Source of the DNA: Mobula hypostoma
Taxonomy: Eukaryota
Length of the DNA: 64,000 bases
NCBI RefSeq assembly: GCF_963921235.1
Contig: NC_086101.1
Span: 8,310,001 to 8,374,000, forward strand
Direction: 5' to 3'
Shown piece by piece: positions 12,630 through 24,734 of the stretch (position 1 is the first letter of the stretch; every line of letters starts with the position of its first letter). The notes under the pieces are model-generated. The model was not told the DNA's origin and searched no databases. It saw only the letters and a list, made by a program, of their open reading frames with translations. The position numbers and the translations under genes are program-made.

Positions 12630-13910
12630 ACTTCTGAAGGGAAATCTTGACTGACAAATCTGTCAGAGTTCGTCGAAGAAGTAACAAGCAGGGTTGACAA
12701 GGGAGTGGCAGAGGATGTCATTTACTTAGATTTTCAAAAGGCATTTGATAAGGTGCCACACACAACTTAACAAGATAAAATCCCATGGCATTACAGGAAA
12801 GATACTGGCATGGATAGGGGAATGGCTGACAGGCAGGAGGTAGTGAGTGGGGATAAAGAGACCTTTTCTGGTTGGCTCTCAGTGACTAGTCGTGTTCATC
12901 AAGGGTCAATATTGGGACCGCTACTTCTCATGTTGATTGTCGATGATTTAGATCATGGAAGAATGTAGCAAAGTCTGCGGATGCTTTGTAGCAAAGTCTG
13001 CGGATGATATAAAGATAAGTGGCGGGGTAGATAGTGCAAAGGAAGCAATCCGATTGCAGCAGGACTTAGACAAATTGGAAGAATGGGCAAAAAAGTGACA
13101 GATGGAATACAGTGTTGGGAAATGCATGATAATGCATTTTGGTAAAAGGAACAATAGTGCAGACTATTATCTAAATGGGGAAAATGCAAACATCAGAAGT
13201 GCAAAGGGACTTAGGAGTCCTTGTGTAAGAGTCTCAGAAGGTTAATTTACAGGATTAGTATGTGGCAAATGCAATGCTGGCATGTATTTCAAGGGGAATA
13301 TAAAATAAAAACAAAGAGATAATGCTGAAGCTTTATAAGACACTAGTCAGGCCGCAGTTGGAGTACTGTCAACAGTTTTGGGCTCAATATCTCAGAAAGG
13401 CTGTGTTGTCATTGGAGAGAGTCCAGAGGAAGTTCATGAGGATGATTCCAGGAATGAAGGGGTTAACATGCATTTGGCAGCTTTGGGTCTGTACTCGCTG
13501 GAACTTAGAAGAATGCGTAGGGATCTCATTGAAACCTACTGAATGTTGAAAGGACTAGATAAGGTGGATGTAGAGAGAATGTTTCCTATGGTGCGGTGCC
13601 TAGAAGTAAAGGGCACAGCCTCAAAGCTGAGGGGCAACCCTTTAGAACAGAAGTAAGGAGGAATTTCTTTAGCTAGAGAGTAGTGAATTTGTGGTATGCT
13701 CTGCCACAGACAGCTGTGGAGGCCAAGAACATGGGTATAATTAAAGTGAAAATTGATATTGTCCTGATTAGTCAGGGCATCAAAAGATATGGTGAGATGG
13801 CTGGTATATGGGATTAAGTGGGATCCCGGATCAGCCATGATAGGATGGCGGAGCAGACTAGATGGGCTGGATGGCCGTATTCTGCTCCTATTCTTATGGT
13901 CTCATTGTCT
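12630..13910 (+). mobile_element. Old CR1 LINE (RT to 3' end), heavily decayed
   Basis: [17 protein letters not shown] and LYKTLVRPQLEYC motifs with many frameshifts. Confidence 0.85.
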
Positions 13911-14719
13911 TATCGAGGGGAATAAGCAGTTGCCATTTCATGCTGAGACCCTTCATCGCGACTCATCGGAAACATAGACTGTTTATTCCTCTCCGTTAAT
14001 GCTGCCTGACCTACCAAGTCCCATGAGTGTCCTGTGTGTTTGTGGTGATTCAGATTTCCAGCATCTGCTGAATTTCTTGTGTTTCTGAAATGTGCCCATT
14101 GCACACACGGAGACAGGAGGTCTCCCTGTGCTAAACCTTCATCTTCCAGCCACGAGGAAATCTGCAGATGCTGGAAATTCAAGCAGTTTTTTTAAGTGTG
14201 TTGCTTCATATTCCAGCAGCATCCAAACATCCCAATCAGCTTATTATTCAGAAACTGCCTTGTTAAATTAATTGCAAGGGTACAGCTAAAGGCTCTTCAA
14301 TTCTATCAGGGCTGTAACAACAACCACAGCCCCTTCTCTGGGGCTCCTCTTTTCTTGTCCTCCAATCATTTCACACGATGCACCTGTCTTTTATTCTGCC
14401 TCTGTTTCGTTCTCCCCATTCACATCTGCCGCCAGCTTTACTCACTGTTTCATCCTCACCTCCTGCTCTCCAACCGCCCCTCCTCACAACCAGTTGATGC
14501 TCTGCTTTGCTGTTCAATCCCTCTCTCCTGTTCATTCTGCGTTTTCTCCCATCGACCTCACCCCCCCCCACCCCCCGGGGAGGGGGTTGCTTCTGCCTCT
14601 GCTACTCCATTCTACTCTGCCGTCACTCACTCCTTCCGTTCAATCCGGGTTTGGGGTGTCTGCCTGTCACACTCTGCGGCTTCATTCTTTTGGATCCGGT
14701 TCCTTAATTTACTCGCTCA

Positions 14720-15562
14720 CAGCTCTCTCCCCACCTCCCTCACATTCACTTCCTACACACTCCATGGCGTCCTCACCATCCTCTTGTTCACATACTCTCA
14801 AGAGGCCTCTCTTCCCCTCCCCTCTCTTTCTATCTATCTACCTATCTTACACTCCCTCCAATTCTCTCCGTTCCTCAGCCCTCAATCCTGCCTCCTCTAT
14901 TGTGTTCTCTCTTATCCACTATTAATCTCTTCCTCATGCTCTTTTGCTCTCCGTTTTCTTTCCTTCTGTTCTGCCACTCTTCTTACACTCCACCTCTCTC
15001 TCACACATACCCTTTCCCTGTTCCTCTCCTCTTTTGACTTTCTGCTCTGTCTCCTTGTTCCTTCTGTTTCTCCTCTCTCCCATTTCTTTCCCCTCATCCT
15101 CTCTTTCTCCTTCCGCTTTCTCAACCCCCACTCTCTCCTCCCTTCTCCTCCACTCTCCCCTCCCTTCTCCCCCTCTCTCTCCCCACGCAACCCCCTCTTT
15201 CTGCCACTTCTCTCTCCCTCTCTTTCTCACTCACCCTTCTCCCCTCTTAATCCCTCCTCAGCTCTACTTTTGTCTCCCTCTGCCCCAAAGCACACTCTCC
15301 CTCCCCTCTCCTCCAATCCACTCTCTCCCCTCTCCTCCAACCCTCTCTATCCTTCCCTCTCTGCAACCCTCTCTCCCCAAAATTCTCCCCCAACCCTCTC
15401 TACACCCTGTTTCTCTCCCTCCCTCTCTTCCTAACCCTTTCTCCCTCCCTCTTTTCCTAATCCTCTCTCCCCCAACCCTCCCTCTCCCATCCTCTTCCCC
15501 GTCTAACCCTCTCTACCCTGTTTCTCTCCCTCCGTCTCTCCTCCCTTCACCCCCCCCCCCCC
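14720..15562. repeat. Long polypyrimidine (CT-rich) low-complexity tract
   Basis: About 850 bp almost devoid of G on the + strand. Confidence 0.9.
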
Positions 15563-15569
15563 TTTTCAT

Positions 15570-16460
15570 TTCTTCGCCTGTCCAGCGGGTTTTGACAGTC
15601 GCTCCAGACACGGTTCACCATCTCAAACCGGACACGCCGTCCGAGTTTACTCTGCCCTCCAGTTAACTGAGACATCACCTTGATTAATTCTCTCTCTCTC
15701 TCTCGCTGGCATTCAGTCGGAGTGCAGCCCCTTGAGAGACGACTCGTCAAAGCGCACGGCCGTAGAACCGACTCCGCAACATGTCAAACTTTAGCGCGGT
15801 TCAATTACGTCCAACACTCCTGCCAAGACAAAGCCGCCAATAATCAAAAGTCAGTCCATTACCTTAACAAACGACCTTCTCCCGCTTACATCCACCCGGA
15901 TCTCCTCGGGGCGCTGGCAGGGCGACAGAGGTTCTCGCTGCTTGTCTCTTGTATACACGCGCTCTCTCTCTCTCGCACACACACACACACACACACTGCT
16001 CGTGTTTTGAGAGAGAGAAAAAACAAAATCTTTGTGGTCACACCCACGGGTATTTTGACATCACCGCTATGTTTGGAGGCAGGCGAGGCTGCAGTTACAC
16101 AGAGCGACTCGGGCACCGCCGCCTTGATCTCGCACACACTCGGATTCTTATTAATGAGGCTCGCTGTAAGTAACCGAGTTAGCACGGCGCGCTGGTTCCG
16201 CATCCAGCAGCCAATAACTGTCCCGGGCAATGAGGAATAAGCTCAGTGTCTGTGATCACACTCCCTCCCACACTCCGCACTTCCCCATTGCCTAAGAAGG
16301 GCACATTTAACATTCTTGTTTTCGGATGCGTTTCTGAAGAATCTGCGGTAGAAATATTTATTTTAAAGGAATTTCTCTTTCAGCAGTTTTGGCCGAGTCA
16401 TGCCAGTCTGTACGGTGCAGTTTTCAATGTTTTTAAATCTATGGTGTCGGCCCCCTGGCT
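15570..16460. promoter_or_regulatory. Unique CpG-containing block, probable promoter/5'UTR exon or enhancer
   Basis: Non-repetitive and CpG-retaining. CCAAT at 16211-16215, TAAT/ATTA and TGACA motifs, minus-strand donor-like AAG|GTAATG (intron from 15862). Confidence 0.5.
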
Positions 16461-16465
16461 CTCGC

Positions 16466-16468
<3 letters not shown>

Positions 16469-16536
<68 letters not shown>
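16469..16536. repeat. Perfect (GT)34 microsatellite, followed by a GT/GA-rich purine tract to about 17060
   Basis: Directly visible. Confidence 0.95.
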
Positions 16537-16540
<4 letters not shown>

Positions 16541-17062
16541 ACGAGTATGTGAGGGCGCGTGTGAGGGAGATACTGTGAATGTAAGTGTGTAAGTGGAAGA
16601 GAGAGATTGTATGTGGGTGAAAGAAAGAGACTGAATGTGTGCGTGAGAGAGTGATAGTGTGTCTGTGGGAGAGAAAGTGAATGTGTGCGAATACGAGTGA
16701 GAGTGCGTGTGTCTGTGGTATGTGAGAGAGAGAGCGAGAGTGTGTGTAAGAAAGCATGAGAATGTGTGAGTGTGTGTGTGCGTGCGCGGAGGCTGGGGAA
16801 AGGTAAGGGTAGGGCAAGAAGTGCAGGATTTGGCCAAAGATCCGTAGGGAAACAAGCTGTGTGGCAGAGTATGGAAAGAGTGTATGCGAGGGGAAAGAGA
16901 GAGAGGGGACAGAGAGAGGGGACAGAGGGAGGGACCGCGGGGGGAGAGAGAGGACAGAGGGAGAGGTGTAGTGAGGGAAATGGGAAAGAAACGAAGGAGG
17001 GGAGGAAAGAAAAACGTGGAGAGCAACAGGAACGGAGAAAACAAAGGAGGGAGGGAGAAAAA

Positions 17063-17335
17063 ACATAGAAACACAGAAAACCTACAGCACAATACAGGCC
17101 CTTCGGCCCTCAAAGTTGTGCTGAACATGTCCCCACCTTGGATATGACTAGGCTTAAACATACCCCTCTGTTTTTCTAAGTTCCATGTTCCTATCCAAAA
17201 GTCTCTGAAAAGACCCAATCATATCTGCCTCCACCGCCGTTGCCAGCAGCCCAGCCCACGCACTCACCCCTCTCCGAGTAAAAAACTGACCCCTGAAATC
17301 TCCTCTGTACCTACTCCCCAGCACCTTAAACCTGT
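17063..17335 (-). mobile_element. CR1 LINE 3' end
   Basis: RFKVLGSRYRGD..GQFFTRR and GGGCCGAAGGGCCT tail; same subfamily as 38445-38993. Confidence 0.85.
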
Positions 17336-17396
17336 AACACACATCAAAGTTGCTGGTGAACGCAGCAGGCCAGGCAGCATCTCTAGGAAGAGGTAC

Positions 17397-17432
17397 AGTC
17401 AACGTTTCAGGCCGAGACCCTTCGTCAGGACT
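17397..17432 (-). ncRNA. Minimal hammerhead ribozyme motif
   Basis: Minus strand reads AGTC-CTGACGA-AGG GTCTCGG CCT-GAAA-CGTT-GACT (GUU triplet). Confidence 0.7.
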
Positions 17433-17955
17433 AACTGAAGGAAGAGTCAGTAAGAGATTTGAAAGTGGGAGGGGGAGGGGAGATCCAAAATGATAGGAGA
17501 AGACAGGAGGGGGAGGGATGGAGCCAAGAGCTGGACAGGTGATTGGCAAAAGGGATATGAGAGGATCATGGGACAGGAGGTCTGGGGAGAAGGAAAAGGG
17601 GGAGGGGGGAAAACCCAGAGGATGGGCAAGGGGTATAGTCAGAGGGACAGAGGGAGAAAAAGGAGAGAGAGAGAAAGAATGTGTGTAAAAAATAAATAAA
17701 TAACGGATGGGGTATCAGGGGGAGGTGGGGCATTAGCGGAAGTTAGAGAAGTCAGTGCTCATGCCATCAGGTTGGAGGCTACCCAGACGGAATATAAGGT
17801 GTTGTTCCTCCTGTCCCATGATCCCCTCATATCCCCTTTGCCAATCACCTGTCCAGCTCTTGGCTCCATCCCTCCCCCTCCTGTCTTCTCCTATCATTTT
17901 GGATCTCCCCCACCCCCTCCCACTTTCAAATCTCTTACTAACTCTTCCTTCAGTT

Positions 17956-17991
17956 AGTCCTGACGAAGGGTCTCGGCCTGAAACGTCAACT
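17956..17991 (+). ncRNA. Minimal hammerhead ribozyme motif
   Basis: AGTC-CTGACGA-AGG GTCTCGG CCT-GAAA-CGTC-AACT. Confidence 0.7.
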
Positions 17992-18429
17992 GTACTGCCT
18001 CCTATAGATGCTGCCTGGCCTGCTGTGTTCACCATCACTTTTTGTGTATGTTGCTTGAATTTCCAGCATCTGCAGATTTCCTCGTGTCTGGCCCTGTTTG
18101 AAGGACACAGTTTGATCACTTGACAGTGCTCCCGTCTCCCAGTCACATCTTGTAAGCCTAACTCCCAGAGAGCAGCATGCTGATGGGACCAGAATTGGAA
18201 ACAAGTTATGAAACAAGACACCACCCCTAGGGGTTTAAAGGAATCTTCACCAGCTTAGGTAAGGCACAGAAGGTGGGCTCCAATCGATCTATCCTTACAG
18301 CCCAGTGACCCAAATTCAATGCTGATCTCTGGCACTGTCTATGCATATTTGCCCTGTGCCTGAATGGGTTTCACTAGGTTTTTGTTTTGCTCCCACCTCC
18401 CAGGCTGATAGGTTTATTTGCTGCCATAA

Positions 18430-19030
18430 ATAGCCCTGAATAATGTCATGCTTGACTTCATCAGTAGAGAGTTGGAGTATGAGTCAGGAAGTCATAAGGC
18501 AGCTCTAGAAAACTTTGGTATCATTGTATCATGTGCAACTCTGGTCAGCCCCATTACAGGATGATGGATGTAGAAGCTTTGGAGAAGGCGTTTTTGAGGA
18601 AACTGCCTGTTTTAGAGGGCAGAAGCTGTAAAGAAAGTTTAGACGATTATTTTTGCTGAGGCTGAAGGGAGACTTGATGGAAGTTTATTCAACCATGAGA
18701 GATGTATATAAGGAAGACTGTCAGAATCTTTCTTCCGGGGTAGAAATGTCAAATTGTAGAGCACGTAACTTTAAGGTGAGAGGGTAAAAGTTAAAATGAA
18801 AAATACGGGTAAATTTTTTAACACAGAGAATGGTACGTGTCTGGAACATGCTGCCAGGAGTGGTGGAAACAGATAAGATAATGCATTTAAAACTTTTTTA
18901 GACAGACACATGAATATAGAGGAAATGGTTGGATTTTTATCATATGCAGGCAGAAGGGAATAGTTTAACTTGGCGTCATGGCTGGCAAAAACAATGTGGG
19001 CTAATGGGCCTTATTTCTGGGCTGTATTGT
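18430..19030 (+). mobile_element. Old CR1 3' fragment
   Basis: Degenerate matches to the CR1 3' region (TTTAAGGTGAGAGG, ACACAGAGAATGGT, TGGAAC). Confidence 0.65.
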
Positions 19031-19038
19031 TGGGGCGG

Positions 19039-19390
19039 TGGGGTGGAGATACATCTCCACCAAAGGAGGTATAAGGCCGTAGCCTGCAGGATACCCTTGG
19101 GCAAGGTGTAGCACCTGCTTAGCCACGCCCCCCCCAAGGTCAGGGTCATGTGAAACCATGGGAGCAGGGTGGCGGGTGGTCGTATGAGCAGCTGGTGCAT
19201 ATCACAAGTTCTGGTTATGCAACCACTGATGCCAGGCAGACAATCTCTGAAGCAAATTGATAATGGGTGGGGTCACCCGCATGTAAAGACACTGCTCAGA
19301 AGAAGTCCACGATAAAGCAGTTCTGTAGAAGAGTTTGCCAAGAAACATCATGGTCATCAGACCATGATCGCCCATGTCACACCACAGGGA
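19039..19390 (+). mobile_element. Non-autonomous RTE-like retroposon
   Basis: 5' hairpin GGTGGAGAT-AC-ATCTCCACC and 3' end GACCATGATCGCCCATGTCA. An inverted related copy lies at about 29640-29945. Confidence 0.5.
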
Positions 19391-19714
19391 AGTGCCGATT
19401 GATAGGGACATGGAAGCCAATGTGGGGAAGTCTGACTACAAGTGTTCAGGAGCAGACGAGGCCACAGCTGGAGGTTTGTGTGTGGTCTTAGCCTTACTTA
19501 ATAAGGGAAATTCATGCATTGGAGAGGGAATTCATGAAGCTGATTCCTTGAATGAAGGGGGAGGCTTGAGGGAACATTGAGCAGGCAGGGCTCAGGAAAA
19601 CAAGAAGTGAATTTATTGAATTAAAATCAGATTCTGACGGGCAAGTCATAAACACAAGAGATTCTGTGGATGCTGGACATCTTGAGCAAATCACATAAAA
19701 TGCAGGAGGAACTG

Positions 19715-20215
19715 AATAACTGGGGTTCAATTCCCGCCGCTCTCTGTCAGAAGTTTGTCTGTTTGCCCCATGACCACCCTGGGTTTCCTCTGGGTGCTCT
19801 GGTTTCCTCCCACATTCCAAAGACATGAAAATTAGAGTTACTACGTTGTAGGTATGCTTTGTTGGTGCTGGAAGCAACACTTGTGGGCTGCCCCCTACAC
19901 ATCCTCAGACTGTTGCTCAATGACACAAGTGATGGATTTTACCGCAAACACGAGGAATTCTGCAGATGCTGGAAATTCAAGCAACACACATCAAAGTTGC
20001 TGGTGAACGCAGCAGGCCAGGCAGCATCTCTAGGAAGAGGTACAGTCGACATTTCGGGCCGAGACCCTTCGTCAGGGCTAACAGAGTTACGTTGACTATA
20101 CCTCTTCCTAGAGATGCTGCCTGGCCTGCTGCGTTCACCAGCAACTTTGATGTGTATTGATGGAATTTACTGCATATTTCCATGTATGTGTGACAATAAA
20201 GCCAATCTTTAATAA
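19715..20215 (+). mobile_element. V-SINE-like element interrupted by a mini-PLE
   Basis: B-box-like GGTTCAATTCC and V-domain GGGTTTCCTCTGGGTGCTCTGGTTTCCTCCCACA. Confidence 0.65.
19947..20157. mobile_element. Palindromic mini Penelope-like element
   Basis: Arms about 19986-20050 and 20091-20155 are near-perfect reverse complements. Hammerhead motif on the minus strand at 20044-20079. 17-bp TSD TGATGGA[T/A]TTTAC[C/T]GCA at 19930-19946 and 20158-20174. Confidence 0.85.
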
Positions 20216-20544
20216 AACTATTTTTGAAAAGTCTTTATTTGACCCAGGAGTGTCTGTGTGAGTGAGTGAGAATCCTTCATTCCCCAACCTCCATCGTTCT
20301 CAGTGTCAGAGCCTTGACTGCTCGCTGGGGAAAGGATTCCAAAGGTTCACCAGTCCCTTGGGGACAACACCTCTTGTCCCTGTGCTGAGTGGCCAATGCT
20401 TCACTCTGAGTCTGTGGCCCCTAATCCAGGGGAAATATCAGCTCTTCATCCAACCTGTCATGACTCTTCATCAACACTGGTACAGTCCGTATGTGTGCAT
20501 ATCTCTATGGGAGTTATGTGTCAGTGTGTGTGCATGATCGTGTG

Positions 20545-20895
20545 TGTACAGATGGGGAAAGTGCAAGCAGGCTTTTCTCCACTGAGGTTGGGTGAGACTA
20601 GAACTGGATGTCATAGGTTAAGGGTGAAAAGTGAAATATTTAAAAGGGAAACTGAGGTGGGGATCTTCTTCCCTCGGAGGGTGGAGAGAGTGTGGAATGC
20701 ACTGCTTGTGGAAGTAGTGGATGTGGGTTTGATATCAACACTTAAGAGAAGCTTGGATAGATACCTGGACAGGAAGGGTATGGAGGGATATGGTCCAGTT
20801 GGGGGTGGATGGAACTGGGCAGGATCACAGTTCAGACAAACTAGATGGGCTGGAAACATAGTTCTCTGCTGTAGTGCTCTAGGATTCTATGTGTA
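20545..20895 (+). mobile_element. CR1 3' fragment
   Basis: ETRTGCHRLRVK...FFPRRVERVWNAL in ORF 20396-20908. Confidence 0.75.
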
Positions 20896-21894
20896 CATGG
20901 TGATTTAAGTGGCGTGTGTGTATCTGTGTGTGCACATGTGTGTGCATGCCAAGACTAGCATCTGTATTGTTTGGGGGTGTTTGTGTGTGAGCCTCAGTGC
21001 CCTGTAAACACACCGCGCAGTCCATGAACATGTGACGTGATGCACTGTGCTGATGTCGGAGGGTAGACGTTAGCGATGAAGCTGGTGATTAATGACCCAG
21101 CAGATCACAGCGAGGGTCCGCGAGCACAGAGGCTGCTGTCAGTTGCCAGAGAGGGCACAATGCTGGAGACGACACTGAGCACAGTCGGTTGCTGGCACTC
21201 TCTCTCTATCTCCGTTTTTCATTCTCCTCCCCTTTCCCACACCCACCCTCTACAATCTCTCTCACCCACTCTCTGTCTTTATTTCTCCTTTGTTTTCTCT
21301 TCTTCCTCTTTTTTCTCCCTTGTCTTTCTTTCTTTCTACATTTCTCCCTCTCCTCTCTCTCATTCTCTCTTTTCCCTCCTGTCCTTCCCTTTCCTTCTCC
21401 CACTCTCGTGCCATCTCTTCTTCCTTATCAACATCTCTCTCTCTTCTCTCCACTCCTCATTTTACCCCACCCCCTTTTTCACACACTTGCACCCTCAACC
21501 AGCTCCATTACTGTTCTGGATGTATGAAATGACTGCACCTCCGTAGCGCTGTGTGCAGAGAATTCCAGAATTTTACATGTTGCACGGTCCATTGGTGAGG
21601 CCACTCCTCACAGTTCAAAGTAAATTTATTAGCAGAGTACGTCCTGTACATGACACCATATACTCCCCTGAGGTTCTTCCTGGTATTCTCAGTAGAACAA
21701 GGCATTACAACAGAATCAGTGAAGAACTATACATCAGCAAAGTCTGACAAGCAAACAATGTGCACAAGAGAACAAACTATGAAAATGCAAAATAAATGAA
21801 CTAATAGGTGAATAAATAATGTTGCTTTTGGAGTACTGTGGTTCCTCAAGGTTTTATAGCTGGGGGGGGGAGGTGGGATGAAGGGCAAAGGTTG

Positions 21895-22790
21895 TGGAGA
21901 TGAGCTCCCACTTCCTTTTAAATATTACCAATGGTGTGCATCTCAAATAGCCTCTGACAACCAACTCCAGCTCCTGGGCTTAGCTACTAAGTCTGGTGGA
22001 ACTGTTTCTACTAACAGAAGGGGCAAAAGCGGGTTATTGGTGCCTTAAAACCAGTCGCTTTGTTCAGATGGGACTTGTCAGCTCTTCGAGGAGAAGGAAA
22101 CCTCTGATCTCCAACCTCCGTTGCCTTGCGGCTACACCCGCTCATGGGGAAGGCTTTGGGAGTAAACCCTGAGGAAAAGTCCAGAGCTGGAGTCCCTAAG
22201 GCAGTGCTACACTGAGTTCAATACTGTCCAAGGATGCTGTCCAAGTTGCATGCCATCTTGGACAATGTCTCCCATCCACTACAAAATGGACTGGTTGGGC
22301 ACAGGAGTACATTCAGCTAGAGACTCATTCCACCGAGATGCAACACAGAGCGTCATAGGAAATCATTCCTGCCTGTGGCCATCAAACTTTACAACTCCTC
22401 CCTTGGAGGGTCAGACACCCTGAGCCAATAGGCTGGTCCTGGACTTATTTCCTGGCATAATTTACATATTACTATTTAACTATTTATGGTTTCATTACTA
22501 TTTAATTATTTATGGTGCAACTGTAACGAAAACCAATTTCCCCCGGATCAATAAAGTATGACTATGACTATGACTGTAACACTGACTGGTAACTCCTGCA
22601 ACACTGCCAGTGCCAAACCGTATCAGTCTCTGCCATGCCTTCAGGTTCATCAGATGTGTGGAGAGGAGGCACCTGCTGCATGGGCAACAGCCTGCTCTCC
22701 ATATTGTACTGCCGTGGCCTGCATGTCACATATACAGCTGGGACGCAACACCCATGGATGATCTTGACCAACGGAGGGTCTCCAAGGAGT
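21895..22790 (+). mobile_element. Non-autonomous RTE-like retroposon with a nested Rex1-type 3' fragment (about 22225-22575)
   Basis: 22090-22220 and 22580-22700 are colinear with the reverse complement of 40619-41000. The insert has a SFLPVAIKLYNS motif and an (ATGACT)n tail. Confidence 0.6.
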
Positions 22791-24199
22791 ACCGCGTACA
22801 GTTTTAGTCACCATGTTATCGCAGAGATGTGGTTGGACTGAAAGAGCGCAGAGAAGATTTATAAGGTTGTTGCCAGGACTAGATAGCCTAAGTTATAGTG
22901 AGGGGTTATCCAATGTTGGTCTTTCAACCCTGGAATGTAGGAAAATGAGGGGCAACCTTACAAAGGCGTTTTAAACTAATCTATGAAAACTATAACAGTT
23001 TGTTCTCCAGGTCATGGGAGATCAAATCTGAGGGGGGGGTATAGATTTAAAAGGGAGTGGAGGAGCAACTTTTTCACGCAGAGGGTGGTGAGTATATGGA
23101 AAGAGCTGCCAGTAGAAGTGGTTGAGGCAACTATTATCATTTAAAAAAGCACTTGGATAGGTATATGGAGAGATATGACCCAAATACAAGAAATTGGGAC
23201 TGGCTGGCATAGATTGGTTGGGCCGAATGGCCTGTATCTGTGTGGCACTGCTCCGTGACTCATACCAACTCTGAATGAAGAGGCTTCTCAGTTCCATCCC
23301 CTATGATCTTCCCCTCCATCTGAGCCAGTGACTCCTGATCCGAGACTCCTTAGTCTGAGCAGACGCCCAGTGTCATGCCCTGTAGGTACTGCTAGGGTTT
23401 GGTAAGACAGAACATAGAGCACAGAACAATACAGTACAACATGAATACTTCAGCCCACAACGTTGAACTGCTCCCTCTCCACACAGTAAACCTGCTCACC
23501 CTGTTATCAGCTGGCAAATCTTAGCTACAGCAAGTATCTCTCAACTTACCCATGCCCCATCACCCCTACAGTAGCTCACCGGAGTCCTCTGTATTGGGCC
23601 GGTCCTTCATCCTTTCTCCAGGTATAGCCATCTTCTTGGTAGATTCCTCCCCTCCCAAGGATGAGGTCTTTGGAGCTTGTGTTGGCATTTCGGTAGCTCT
23701 GGGTTTTTTTTATGGGATGGAGTTGCTAGCCCCATGCCCAACCCTCCTCAATTCACAGCCGGGTTTGGGACCATCCATGTCAAGTGTCTCTCAAAGACCT
23801 GTGAAATTCATTGCTACCGATGCCTGTACAGGCCAAGTCATTGGGTATATTTAAAGTGGAGGTAGATAGGTTCTTGATTGAGTCAGGGCATCAAAAGTTA
23901 TGGGAAGAAAACAGGAAAATGTGGTTGAGAGGGAAAATGAATCAGCCATGACAAAATGGTGGAGCAGACCTGATGAGCAGAGTCGCCTAATTATGCTCCT
24001 ATATCTTATGGTCTATATCCCCCCTCAGTCCAGGAGCCCAAAGGTGTACACAGTCCTCGTGGGGGGGGGGGGTATCACAATTGCAGTGAGATTTCTTTAG
24101 TCCTGTACTCAAATCTCCCTGAAATAAAGGCTAGTGTACCACTTAACTGCGTCATCAGAATGAGAATCAGTTTCAGGTTCCTGAGCAACAAAAGCTCTG

Positions 24200-24720
24200 A
24201 AGATCTATCTTGAGCTCAATGTATTGAGGGGAAGGCCCCAAATCCTTGGCTTTGCCTCTGGCTTGGCGGCCGGGGCTGGGATCGAAGCGCTCAGCAGAGA
24301 TGGTGCTTGGTGCTCAGTGTCGGAGGGCTGGTTGGAGGCTCGAAGTTTTCGGACAGACTGAAGGGTCGGACTGTGGTCGGGTGCTTCCAGAGTGCTGCAT
24401 AGGCAAGTTTGCAGTGCTGGTGGTTCATGGCAGGGAGAGTTTCTCCCTTCTACCATCTGCGTGAGATGATGGGACTTCCAAGAGACTTTGAGACTTTTTT
24501 TTACCATGCCCATGGTCTGTTCTTTATCAAATTACAGTATTGCTTTGCACTGTTGTAACTATATGTTATAATTATGTGGTTTTTGTCAGTTTTTCAGTCT
24601 TGGTCTGTCTTGTGTTTCTGTGATATCATACTGGAGGAACATTGTATCATTTCTTAATGCATGCATTACTAAATGACAATAAAAGAGGACGGTGTGTCCT
24701 CATAATCTAATCTAATCTAA
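24200..24720 (+). mobile_element. Non-coding retroposon with (AATCT)n tail
   Basis: AATAAA then (AATCT)3. A closely related copy lies in inverted orientation at 49421-50083. Confidence 0.7.
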
Positions 24721-24734
24721 TTATGTCATTCGGA

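Larger units (their letters stand above)
17337..18087. mobile_element. Penelope-like element: inverted pair of 3' terminal repeats with GIY-YIG C-terminal remnant
   Basis: 17337-17580 is the reverse complement of about 17810-18055. The centre encodes EEQHLIFRLGSLQPDGM..DFSNF (minus), as in 55246-55572. Confidence 0.88.

Noticed and set aside
14196..15666. 412-aa and 240-aa Leu/Ser/Pro-rich ORFs
   Set aside because: Stop-free only because the strand is CT-rich and low in complexity.
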